This document shows, piece after piece, positions 1-10,298 of a stretch of DNA of 25,302 nucleotides. The first letter of the stretch is position 1; each line of letters begins with the position of its first letter. The stretch lies in the NCBI GenBank assembly GCA_004022145.1, contig RCNU01000010.1; one strand, given 5' to 3'. Origin of the DNA: Paecilomyces variotii. Taxonomy: Eukaryota. A program made the translations under genes and the position numbers. The notes beneath the pieces were generated by a model. The model did no database searches. It was not told the DNA's origin and saw only the letters and a list, made by a program, of their open reading frames with translations.

Positions 1-218
1 TCGGATGGTAGGGTTGCTCCGGCAAGAATGTTACCGTATTGGGCGGTTATTTGGGCGGTTATAGTGGCCAAATTGAAGATGCTCCAGTAACCCACACTTG
101 TAATGTCCCGAGCATTGTATTTAGCGTTCTTCGTGTTTTCTTTCGAGTAACCTGGATTCGGTGCTATTGGTAGCAGTGGGGGGCCGACTTGCAGATATTC
201 CAATAGACTGACGTTCAT
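1..218 (-). CDS. 5' part of an uncharacterised fungal accessory protein, truncated by the window edge
   Basis: Not in the ORF track because it has no stop inside the window. ATG at 218 (minus), open to base 1: MNVSLLEYLQVGPPLLPIAPNPGYSKENTKNAKYNARDITSVGYWSIFNLATITAQITAQYGNILAGATLPS. The pattern 'LLxYLQxxPP...NTxNxxYxxxDI...WxxFN' resembles, from memory, the N-terminus of a dispersed Eurotiales hypothetical-protein family. Confidence 0.6.
   Translation of the reverse strand, partial: MNVSLLEYLQVGPPLLPIAPNPGYSKENTKNAKYNARDITSVGYWSIFNLATITAQITAQYGNILAGATLPS
39..62. repeat. Perfect 12-bp tandem duplication (TTGGGCGGTTAT x2), in frame (ITAQ-ITAQ)
   Basis: Positions 39-50 and 51-62 are identical. 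Confidence 0.9.
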
Positions 219-824
219 CGTAGTGGTCTGCACGAGATGTTTGTAAATAATATGGAAAGGTCGGCATACAAGTATGATAAGGTATGTTTGCTGAGATGGT
301 TGATGTGATTCTTTAGAAAGCTCAGGCTATTATCTTTACGGGGTGGGACTTGCAATATAAAGTCATCGGAGAGCTTCACCAATAACTTTACATTCATACA
401 GTGAATGACATGCAGAGTTATTGATATTTGCCGTACAGTGATAGGTAATAGATGAGTCTTCTAAATTTGTCAGATTCTAGGTACCTGAATAGTGTGAGCT
501 GCAACCGCAGCTGTTGCTATGCGAGACAACAAATAGGCAGGTTTGCCTACATCTTGAAGCCATACTGGCGATTTGACTCCATTTCATGGGTAGGAGGCGA
601 AGCAATGAATTCTAGATGTAAGCTTCAACGAGGATACAAAAATGAAAACCACATAGTTATTCACATTTTGTGAACAGTTACTAGGCTACAATTATTGTAG
701 AATTTCGATCTTATTATAAAAAGTATTTGAAGTACAAGCTAGAGTGGCCAATCGATAATTAATGGAAGTTAATTAATGTGAACAGTAGCTAATCATGATT
801 TTAAGGAGATCTATAGGTAACTAA

Positions 825-1555
825 TCACGAGTAATACCAAGACCGCGCACGAGACAGTTTGCCATCCTTATAATCTTGTGCCTGGGCAGAGGTTAGTGAG
901 AAGAGAAAAAAAATAATTTCTGCAATAAACGGAGGCAGATTGTATATACCAAGTCGTCAAAAAACTCATCCGCCAGTGCTTTTTCATCCCTCATCCACTC
1001 TAATTTCCGCTCAGGAACAGCCTCGTTCTCCGGAAAGGTCGGCGCGCGATCAAAATCGATCCATAGGACCCTGTCTGTGTGGTTTTGTATCATCATGTTT
1101 CGAGGGTAGGTATCATCATGTATAATGCCTGCGTATACGCTCCAGGATAGCACGAAGTTTGGCAGCGCGGGAGATCGAGTAATTTGAAAGATCTATTTCA
1201 TGTATATCTGGAATATATTCAATAAGAATAGCATTTGGTGGTGATTTATCATTTAGGAACCGATCTAGAAAAGGCCGATATGAGTTTATCACGCCATGGA
1301 AGTCCGGTACTATTCCTTGTTGGCATAGCCTATGCTCTTTGAGGCGAGCGTACGCAGTGCTCTCACAAATAAAAGGTTGAAATTCCCGCCAAGTGGGATC
1401 AGCATGCGATCTCTCAAGGGTATGATACTAGGACTATGGTTAAGTACCACCTTGAGAACATACAACTTTCCCTGCAAAGTCACTAGGAAAACCGAGGAAT
1501 AGTCAGACTCTTGGAGGATATGGAGGAAAGTAATATCGGAAATCGTAAATTCCAT
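825..1555 (-). pseudogene. Degenerate small fungal protein-kinase-like (atypical/FunK-like) gene
   Basis: Reconstruction: exon 1 1555-1448 MEFTISDITFLHILQESDYSSVFLVTLQGKLYVLKV (VxKV lysine). The first intron is only 20 nt (1447-1428, GTACTTAACCATAGTCCTAG). Exon 2 YHTLERSHADPTWREFQPFICESTAYARLKEHRLCQQGIVPDFHG...PPNAILIEYIP..., frameshift near 1135-1140, then AGIIHDDTYPRNMMI (HxD..N catalytic loop) and RVLWIDFDRA (DFD). Intron 949-882 (GTATAT...CACTAAC...CAG). Last exon AQDYKDGKLSRARSWYYS* ending at 825. Confidence 0.8.
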
Positions 1556-1784
1556 GGCTAGTATCGTACGAGAAATACTGCGAGTACAAGAGATCTGACA
1601 AATTGCTATGTAGTTGCGGGTTAGTTGAGGTTGAGTCCAAAGAATATCGACACACAAACCATTGAGTGGCGCCGGATAAGTATTCCCAACAAACCGTTAA
1701 TTACCATGTGAAGGAAGCGGTGAGAAGCTTGCTTGAGACCTTATGGCTTGGCATAGCTATATAAGTTCGCACAGATCCTAGATA

Positions 1785-1900
1785 CTTGCAATTAAAAATC
1801 AAAGATATATTAATATATAAAATTCTCCTACTAAAAATTCTTCTTAGAGAAAAATAAAAAGGATAAACTTAAAACTTAACAATTAGAATTTATTTATTAT
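1785..1900. other. Short AT-rich island, possible RIP-mutated repeat remnant at the accessory/core junction
   Basis: About 110 bp, nearly all A/T and poor in CpA/TpG/CpG, between the kinase pseudogene and the 3' end of the F-box gene. Confidence 0.35.
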
Positions 1901-2043
1901 GGGACACTGGTGAAAAATGAACAACTGAGATGCATTGAACGCTCACGCAACATAGATGCTGAAGGAGTTCCCTCTTATACATGATCATGTTCCATAGACT
2001 GCGAATAAGTACTCTAAATCCTTCGCTTTTTTACTCGACTAAT

Positions 2044-4843
2044 TCAAACGCCCCTGAAGAATGGAGAAGCTTCGATGATTTCTTCATCGTCACAAGCAAA
2101 GTCCCAGCCGACGATTCTTGGATCCTGGCTGGCACAGATGATCTTGCGGGCATCGAACTGCAGCTTGAAAACCCGAGCAGTCGGCTGAACGGCCGCATTA
2201 TGGAACGCAGGACGGTTCAGGCCATGGTGCGCGTGATGGTGATGGTGTGGTGGTAGCTGATTGGCAGCGGGAGGCTCATTTGGAGCCTGTACATTGCCAG
2301 CTGCTGCCTGAGCATTCGGTTGGGCCTGAGGAATCGGTACTTGGACATTTCCCTGCTGCCCCGTCGTTGGTTGATATGCTGGTATTCCAAGTAATGCTGA
2401 TTGACCTTCAGCACCACCATTCCTCGGGTCTGGTCCATTTCCTTGGTTGCCAACCGCCTGGTTCTGCACATTTTGCGGGGGCGGGGCTGCCTCCGTTGGT
2501 AGGTTGGGAGCAGCAGCTTGGGCATTTTGCATCATAAGCTGTGCCTGAGCCGCTTGGAGCTGCTGGTTGTGATGGGCGATATTGGGAACTCGAAGAAGCC
2601 CCCCGCGGGCTATTTGACCCCGATAGAAAGGGGACGCATTCATCAAGGCATCCTCTTGGCGGAGTCTCTGGCCAACGACCCAGTTTCCTTCACGGTCTCT
2701 CCTCCATATAATGACAGTCTCGTCGTAAGACCCAGAGACTATCCTTCCCCAAGGACCTCCACCCCCACCAGGAGGGATTTTGGCACCTAGAGCGATGATA
2801 TCTTTGGGGTCCCTGGACCCCGGATTATATCTCTGAGCGAGTCGTCCGCGACGAGACGGCGCGATATCTGGCAGTGTACCCGCCCGCTTAGCCTCCCAGT
2901 AGCTGTGATCGACCGCCTCCGCTTCGAGCCGCAGCGCTTCCTCAGCTCCAGGCATGTCGCCAAAACCAGCCTGAACAGTCCTGACTAGGTTGTGGTGACC
3001 TTGCAACACAGCAACCTGAGCACTAGATGCATGGTCATAGATACGGACTGTGTCGTCATTGCTTCCGCTGACAACGCGCAAGCCGTCAGATTGTACACAC
3101 GCGATTCCTTTGTGATGACCGACGAAGGTCCTCGTACACGTTCCATTGTGGATGTCCCACAGCTTAATTAGCCGGTCACCAGAGGCCGACACGATCTCAT
3201 CCCCACAGATCTGGATCGCGTTCACCGCAGCACCATGCCCTTCAAGTGTCATAAGAAGAGAGTAGGGAGCCAAGGTTTTGATATGCCGATTGGCAATCTC
3301 AGCTTCGAGAACTGCAGATGGTATGTTCTTTGTGTCGACAATGTAGGATGGGAACCGGACGCTTGGGCTCTTGGTGAGAGTAGGATAGTCTTTGTCGGTC
3401 GCACTAAGTTCACTACGGTTCCAGACCTTGATGAACTTGTCCTTGGAGCAGGTGACCAGGTACCGGTGATCAAAGCGAAGGTTCAGCACTGAATCCTGGT
3501 GAGCGGTGAACTCGTGTATCTTTTCGCCAGTGGAGAACCGCCAGACAATGACGTTCTTATCGCTGCTCCCGGAGATGATCACGTCTTCGGAAGGGCTTGG
3601 ATCGAACTGCAGACACAGAACGGATTTGGTGTGGCCCATTAGAGGGCGATGCCAGAGTCTCTTGGTGTCCAGGTCCCACACGCGCACAGAACGATCCCTA
3701 CTACCGCTCACTAGCCATTTCCCAGAAAATTGAATCGCGTACACGCATTCCTGATGCGCGTCTTCCATATGAGCGGGATCGGGTAGTTGGAAATTAGTGA
3801 AGCGACCTTTGAGCCAGTTATCCTCCAGTCTTCTGCGCTGCTTGTATATATGAGGCCAGTTGAGTCGAACGGAACCGCTCGGTGACCTGATCAAAAGGGA
3901 CGAATTGGACCGACGCTTCGACGAGGACGAGGAAGACGATGATTTCGGAACGTTAGCCCTGGCAGAGATCTCCTCAGCAATCCGAGATGACATATATTGA
4001 CCGGTGGAGGATGACGGAGGGCGATCGTATGCGACATCTTGCATTTCACGATCACCCTCGTCATCTACTGACGGGGGAGCGTCTGCCTCTACCGACTCGT
4101 GCTGCTCGCTCCATGTACGATTCGAATTCCCGCTGGGCGACCCTGTGCCGCGAGACTCGAGCCAACTCGGTGGCACACGCTTCTTAAGCTTGGGTTCAGT
4201 GACGTCTGAGTCCGCATGTCTCGTCCGCGACTTGCGGTTGTGGGCGAAAGCTGATTCTGCCTGTTGCTGTTCGAACCTCCGGATCGCATCGACGTCAAGA
4301 CCCCATCCTTCTCTGATGTAGAGCTGTCGCCATAATCGGGAGTCTAGAATGCGGGCTCTCCAAGCGCGCGACGCCAGGGAAGCGGTCAACAAGGTTGCTG
4401 GGTCGAGATAAGAAAAGATCTCAGCGGTGATCTCTGGGGGTAGCTTAAGAACCGGATCCATGTGCAAAAGAGGCGTCAGGCGTTCGACGACGGCAGCCAC
4501 TGTTGACGTTCGTAGGGTACGAAGAAGACTGTAGGCAAGCTCTGGGATTGTTTATAAGTGTCGGTGCTCCGAACGAGCAGGGATTAACTCTGGGGGCCTG
4601 CGTTGGGACCTTACCAGCTCTGTCCGCTTCACTGTGAGCCAAAACCCATCCCGGCAGTGTCATTACATCCTCCGAAGAAGGATTGGCCTCATTCTCGGCT
4701 TGACTGCGCGTCTCGTCGGAGTAACCTTCGTCCAACTTGAACGAAGCCGCCAAGGGCGGCGCTGTGAAGTCGGATCGGTAGTTTGCCGCCTGCAAGCTTA
4801 ACAGGTGAGGGATGCCCGCCTCAGCCGCGGAATCAGTGTCCAT
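2044..4843 (-). CDS. fwd-1: F-box/WD40-repeat SCF substrate adaptor (beta-TrCP / FWD-1 / Fbx23 / Pof11 type), about 908 aa, 2 exons
   Basis: Exon 1 4843-4615 (MDTDSAAEAG...HSEADRA); intron 4614-4542 (GTAAGG...CCCAG, 73 nt); exon 2 4541-2044 (ELAYSLLRTLRTS...). F-box motif 'LPPEITAEIFSYLDPATLLTASLASRAW'. WD repeats 'LVSGSRDRSVRVWD', 'IISGSSDKNVIVW', 'LVTCSKDKFIKVWN', 'IVSASGDRLIKLWD', 'VVSGSNDDTVRIYD', 'IVSGSYDETVIIW', and terminal 'VFKLQFDARKIICASQD..IVGWDF'. Spliced length 2727 nt is divisible by 3. Confidence 0.9.
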
Positions 4844-5059
4844 GAGGACGCCAGCTCAGCGACCCGGTGGGAAAAGTCGGGGACGGAGGCACACGACCGG
4901 AACCGCCAAAAGATCTCAAAAACGAGAGATCTGGGATGGGAGGGGGTTGCGTAGTCGAAATATTCGGTCGCAGTTCCACCGCGCCGTTGGGGGTGGTGAG
5001 GCTGAAACAGACGCACGCGCTGGGTATTATCACGACGGAGGGGAAACGCAGGTCGCTAC

Positions 5060-5071
5060 TTAAACGGCCAT
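5060..5071 (-). promoter_or_regulatory. Minimal uORF (Met-Ala-Val-stop) in the putative leader of the F-box gene
   Basis: Minus strand reads cagcATGGCCGTTTAA, with A at -3 and G at +4, 228 nt upstream of the main ATG. The transcription start is unknown. Confidence 0.4.
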
Positions 5072-5099
5072 GCTGTTGAGGATGGAGCAACCGGGGAAT

Positions 5100-5900
5100 A
5101 AGTCTAATCAGTGACCACGCTGATTCGAGTGCTTCTGGTACAAGGGTGGGGAGATTGACAGGCTCCGTGCTTTTGCTGGGCCGTGAGTCAGGGCGGAGGT
5201 CGCCAAGCGTAGCGTCGTAGTGGTAATAGTTAGCTCGTTAGTAGAGTAGATAGTCGTGAAGCCAGAAGATCCCAGGGATGTAATTATTCGATACAACTCT
5301 CGCGAGCCATAGAATGACCAGTGGTGACAGATGTGGGGAGGATAGGTATGGATCAGATCTCCAGCCACACGATGGTAGTTAGAATGGAAGAGAGGTAGAT
5401 GATGGTTACTGTGATGCTGTTGATGATCGTTGATGGTAGTGATGGTGGTTGTTTTGTGTTCCTGTCTGGGGAGAGTTGACTTGGTCTCTGGGTCAATAAT
5501 AATATTCAGTCAGTCCCTCTGTCAGACACAGCAACAGCAGTAGTAATACTTAGAGTAAAGTAATCACCTGTTCGTCGCTTCTCTGGACTTGTTGTTCACA
5601 TTCTGCGTCAGATAACTAAGCAGTTGATCCCGTTCAGATGGATTATTATGATTAGTTAGTTAACTAGTTCGTAGTGGCATGGACAGCAGCGAACAACAGC
5701 CATCCAGCGCCATCCACGGCCATCCCCAAAACCCACCGGCCCCCCTTTCCCGTTCCCTTCGGTCGAGCCCAATCGCCTTTTTGCCGCCGCCCGCCGAAAC
5801 ACACTAAACCTCCTGCTAACGGTCGACTCGATCGTCAATGACCACCTTGACTGACTCCTGATCTCTTGCTTTCCTTTCCCCTAATGAACTTCCCCCCCTA
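5100..5900. promoter_or_regulatory. Divergent promoter region between the F-box gene and cdc24
   Basis: Head-to-head gene arrangement; pyrimidine-rich tracts at about 5850-5900 typical of fungal transcription-start regions. Confidence 0.45.
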
Positions 5901-5966
5901 CAACGCCTTTGTGTGATCCCAGCATTGCCGTGTTCCAATCCTGCAAGTAGACCTCTTCTCCAGCCT

Positions 5967-6061
5967 GTGAGTTTCATCCCTCCCAGCCCTGCCGTTATCC
6001 CCCTCTCTTTACCCCCCCGCTATCACCAAGGACCCCCGTCTGATAGCTCCTGTGCTCCTAG
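5967..6061 (+). other. Putative 5'-UTR intron of cdc24 (95 nt)
   Basis: GTGAGT donor at 5967, C/T-rich interior, CTGAT branch-like motif at 6040-6044, CCTAG acceptor ending 6061. Confidence 0.5.
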
Positions 6062-6456
6062 GTTCTGGCTTAGCGATCCATCTTGTGAAGTGGGAGTCAT
6101 CACGTCTTCTTGTAGACGTGCCTGGCAACGTCCTGTGCACGTCTGATCCGACAGGGAGAGACCAACCGATTGTGGATATCGACATCGTCTAGATAACGCT
6201 GCTCTCGATCCATCCCGGAACTCGCACGCTTCAACCTTCTCCAGTTTCAATCAGACGTCTGCTGCAACTCACATCCCATCTGGCGACGGTCGACAGGAGG
6301 GGTTTTTGATTTTTGAGGGGGATTCTCATCGAACTTACGGAAACGCGCAAACGAACCAGGTATTAGATAGGAGAGGGTGTTTTCGTCCGATCTTTCGTCT
6401 GACCGCGCGCTGCGTCCCTAGGCCGCATCGACCCGCGGGCCACGGAGAGGAAATCC

Positions 6457-6477
6457 ATGCTCGACGCTTTCGCGTAG
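6457..6477 (+). promoter_or_regulatory. Short uORF (MLDAFA*) in the cdc24 leader
   Basis: ATG CTC GAC GCT TTC GCG TAG, 126 nt upstream of the main ATG; weak context (T at -3). Confidence 0.35.
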
Positions 6478-6582
6478 GTCCAGTTTGGCTGGCCGGAAGT
6501 GTCATTATAATATAGAAACCGCTGCTCTCAATCCCGGAGGTTACCTGTTTCGATCGAATATAATAGAGACGGAATCGCAAAG

Positions 6583-9500
6583 ATGGATGGCTCCATGAGC
6601 GCTGGCGGCCCCATGGCCGAAGACAATATCATCAACAGACGCGGTGGGGAGTCGATGTATCAAAGCTGTGTCAATTTGAAAAAGCGATTGGCGGAGGTGC
6701 CTGGATTTGAGCGTCATATGGCGGAAATGGAGGAAGAGGATCGCGCCACGGGTTCAACCGATCCAGTGGCTTCGCTATGGAACTGTCTGCGTGAAGGATA
6801 CCCCTTGATCACGATCTTCAATGCGTCACAACCTGATGAACAACTGGAGATTGATCCAGCGAAAGTTCCGGAACAGAAACGTCCCAAGGCCGCAACCTTT
6901 AAGTTCCTGCAGGCATGTCTTCAAGACATGGCCTTTCCGCAGCAGGATTGCTTCCTGATCACGGATCTGTACGGTGATAACACGACAGGTTTCATCAAGG
7001 TAAGTTCATATAGATCGATTCCCGCATAACTCTACTTGTCAAATTGAACGGCGTGCTGATACGAGAACAGGTCATCAAAATGGTCAATCGCGTTCTAGAC
7101 ATTCTCGAGATGCAAGGACAGCTGAAGAGGCTATCTGTGAACTCGGGCAATCAAAATGCGAAGGGAGGGGCGGTCAAACTGACTAAGAGGGAGCATATCC
7201 TCAAAGAGCTCATGGAGACCGAGCGTGATTACGTCCATCACCTTCAGAATCTGCAGGCCCTCAAGAAGGAATTGGAAGAGACAGGTGCATTGACTGGGGA
7301 CTCCAGCCATCAGATATTCCTCAATCTCAACAATCTGCTCGATTTTGCGCAGCGTTTCCTCATTCGTATGGAGCAACACTACGCATTGCCTGAGGAAATG
7401 CAGAATTGGGGAGAGCTTTTCATCCTTCACGAAGAGGCGTTGCGACAGTACGAGCCCTTTATCGCAAACCAGTTGCGGTGTGATGCAGTATGTCTGAAGG
7501 AATGGGACAAGATCCACGCGGCCCCTCGCTCGATTGATCTTAAGCAGATGGTCGCCCAGCCAGCAACCCTCAATGGCTTCTTTGTCAAGCCGTTCCAGCG
7601 TCTGACGAAATACCCTCTGATGCTATCGGTATGTCTCTCCCACACTGTGCAGAGCGTTGCTGTGCTGACTCGAGATTTTTACAGGAACTTCGCAAGCAGA
7701 CAGAGGATGAACAACTCAAGACGGATATCACAAAGGCGATAGACACGATTCAGTCAGTTCTCGATTCGGCGAACGATGCAATCGACAAGGAACATCTGGC
7801 TTCCGCCGTTACGGATCTCTCGCAACGGGTAGATGACTGGAAAGCCCTGAAAGTTGAGGGATTCGGCGAATTACTCCGCTTTGGCACTTTCGCTGTGCTC
7901 AAAGGCGATAGCGGCAAGGATACTGAGAGAGAGGTACGTTCCATCTATGTCACTTATGTCGCCGAAGATCTCTGGTCGGATTTCGCTCGGCCTGCGGGCT
8001 ATGGTCTTCAAGTGCGGCTTTGCCTCTGCTACGATCCAACTTCTTGTATCTACTCGTCACCAAGGAGTCATAGTTTTGAATGGAGACCGGTTCTTTCTGA
8101 GGCCTTTGATATTTTCGAAGATCTGGAATTGGAATCGGGCTAGCACTCGCACGCTAGAAGACCATCTACCGCATCCAGAAAGTCCGATCACGGGAGCTTC
8201 GCAGCGAGAATAGAGAACATGCATGCTTTTCTATTTAGAACTGCCTTCACAGCCTCATTATTGCCCCTGTTTCTGATCGGCGTTTGGAACGCTCTCCTGC
8301 CCAAATATCAAGCATAGGGCCGGGTCGTGTGGCCACATTACCGGAGAATCGCTTGATTCGCCTCTTTCCAGGAAGACCGAACGTCTGGGTGATTGTAACA
8401 TGGTACTTTATTGCCATTTCAGAGAGCTCCTCTGATTGATGCGGGGATCTTCTCCGAATCAGCAAGACACCCAAGCGTTTACGGTTCTCCATTCGTGGGC
8501 TATGTTTCAGGCATCTATTGCTTCGATCCCTTTCGAGACTCTTATATCGCTATGGAGCTCCATATCGACCGACATCTCTTAGCTGCCACTCATTAAGTTC
8601 TGATGAATAATTGGCTAACTTGGCCTGTCTCTGCTCAACAGTATCACATCTATCTTTTTGAAAGGATCCTCCTTTGCTGCAAGGATATCAACCCCAACAA
8701 GCAAAAATCAAAGCTTATGGGGAAGGACAAGCCTGCGGCATTGGTCAAGGGGAAACCCCGTCTTCAGCTGAAGGGCCGTATCTACATGGCTAATGTGACG
8801 GATATTGTTCTTCTCCAGAAGCCAGGTATGACATGAACTCTTACCACTATAGACAGCGACACGGATTGCTAATAGAGCCCATGAATCTACAGGCTCCTAC
8901 AGGATTCAGATTTTCTGGAAGGGCGACCCCGGGGTCGTAGATAACTTCGTCATCCGCTACCAGAACGAGGATATCATGCGAAAATGGTACTCTGATATTG
9001 ACCGCCAGCGATCCATCCAGGCGGAGGAACGCAATGCTAGAAGCGTGTCAACCTCGGATTCGGAATTTACCTACATGAAGAGTCTCAATATTCAGAATCC
9101 CTACCAGCAGGAGTATGAGGCTGAAGAATCCTCTCTTGTGAAGGAGGCTGGGTTCTTCTCGGAATTCCCCATGAGTCGTAACGCGTCCAGCACGAGTCTT
9201 CGTACCCGATCCGCTACCAACGGCAGCGGCGGGTCAGGTCCGCTCTCTGCAGGGCGTCCTCCGCGTTTCCCGATGCCTGATCCCAGTCTGTCATTACATA
9301 CCCAGTTTACTCCTGGAGGAATGTCCTTGTCCCCAGGTGAGCGAAACGTCACCTCATATTTCTCGCCCGTTACGGAAACACCATCGACATCTACACGGTC
9401 CAGCTCTCAATCGGTGTTTCCGTATTCACGGCAAGGCACTCCCAACACCACTTGGAGCGAGGACAACAATCGGTACACTGCACCTGCGATGGCCAGAGGA

Positions 9501-10298
9501 GCATCGAAGGACGGTACTAACGTAAACCCTTACTTCAACGCGGCCACAAATGGGCGCGCTGTCCAACGTCCTTCTCTACCCCCGATGTCTGCACAAGATC
9601 AGGCCAACGGTCTACCGAGGATGAGGTCTGCCAGCAGCCCAGACATCCACCACCATCTGCCTGAGTCACGTCGATTCATGGGTGGTCACACTGTCGACAA
9701 TGTGCCCGTCCCGCCCATCCCGGCCCACATGGCAAGCATGAGAGCACCTGTCAATCGGAGCCAGAACAACTCCCCCACCAACGGATCTCTTCCTGTCCGG
9801 GGTACAGCGCAAACACCAAACGGACAGCACCCTGCACAACGGGGTGTCCATCACACTCATTTCAATGAGCCTCAATATTCCGGTCGCTCCGCAACACTGA
9901 CGCCGACGCAATCCTCTCCCACCGATCCACTTCCCTCTCCTTTAAGTCAGGAAGTGCCCCCGGACCAGGCCACCCCGCAGGATCCGTATATGCCTACACA
10001 GCTTAAAGCCAAGGTCAACTTTGACGATAACTATGTCACCTTGGTCATCGCCAGCAATATCATGTTCCGTTCGTTGACCGACCGGGTGGACGCCAAACTC
10101 GCCCGATTTACGAACCGATCCATTGGCAGCAAATCAGTAAGACTGCGGTACAAGGACGAGGACGGCGATTTTGTCACCATTGACAGTGATGAAGCGGTTC
10201 AACTCGCGTTGATGGAATGGCGCGAGCAACACCAGAACATGCTCGCCCAAGGCCAGGTGGGAGAGATCCAGCTGTTCTGTCAGGCAGTGGAGAATTAA
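6583..10298 (+). CDS. cdc24: Cdc24/Scd1 Rho-family guanine nucleotide exchange factor (CH-DH-PH-PB1), about 937 aa, 5 coding exons
   Basis: Exons 6583-6999, 7071-7628, 7685-7933, 8642-8825, 8893-10298; all introns GT..AG; total 2814 nt. CDC24/CH motif 'DPVASLWNCLREGYPL...FLITDLYGDNTTGFIKV'. DH 'ILKELMETERDYVHHL...FFVKPFQRLTKYPLML'. PH 'FGELLRFG...ERE|YHIYLFERILLCCK...LQLKGRIYM'. PB1 'LKAKV...LRYKDEDGDFVTIDSDEAV'. Confidence 0.95.

Noticed and set aside
1981..4321. Numerous + strand and alternate-frame ORFs over the F-box gene
   Set aside because: Shadow ORFs of a GC-rich coding region; no motifs.
4798..5090. Minus-strand ORFs 4833-5090 and 4798-5016 as an N-terminal extension of the F-box protein
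   Set aside because: Neither is in frame with the ATG at 4843, 4833-5090 starts at TTG, and I found no convincing splice joining them.
8141..8143. TAG in cdc24 intron 3 as an A-to-I-edited or read-through stop
   Set aside because: Further in-frame stops (TAG, TGA, TGA, TAA, TAA) follow before exon 4.
8600..8641. C/D snoRNA from a CTGATGA box in cdc24 intron 3
   Set aside because: No D box or room downstream before the acceptor.
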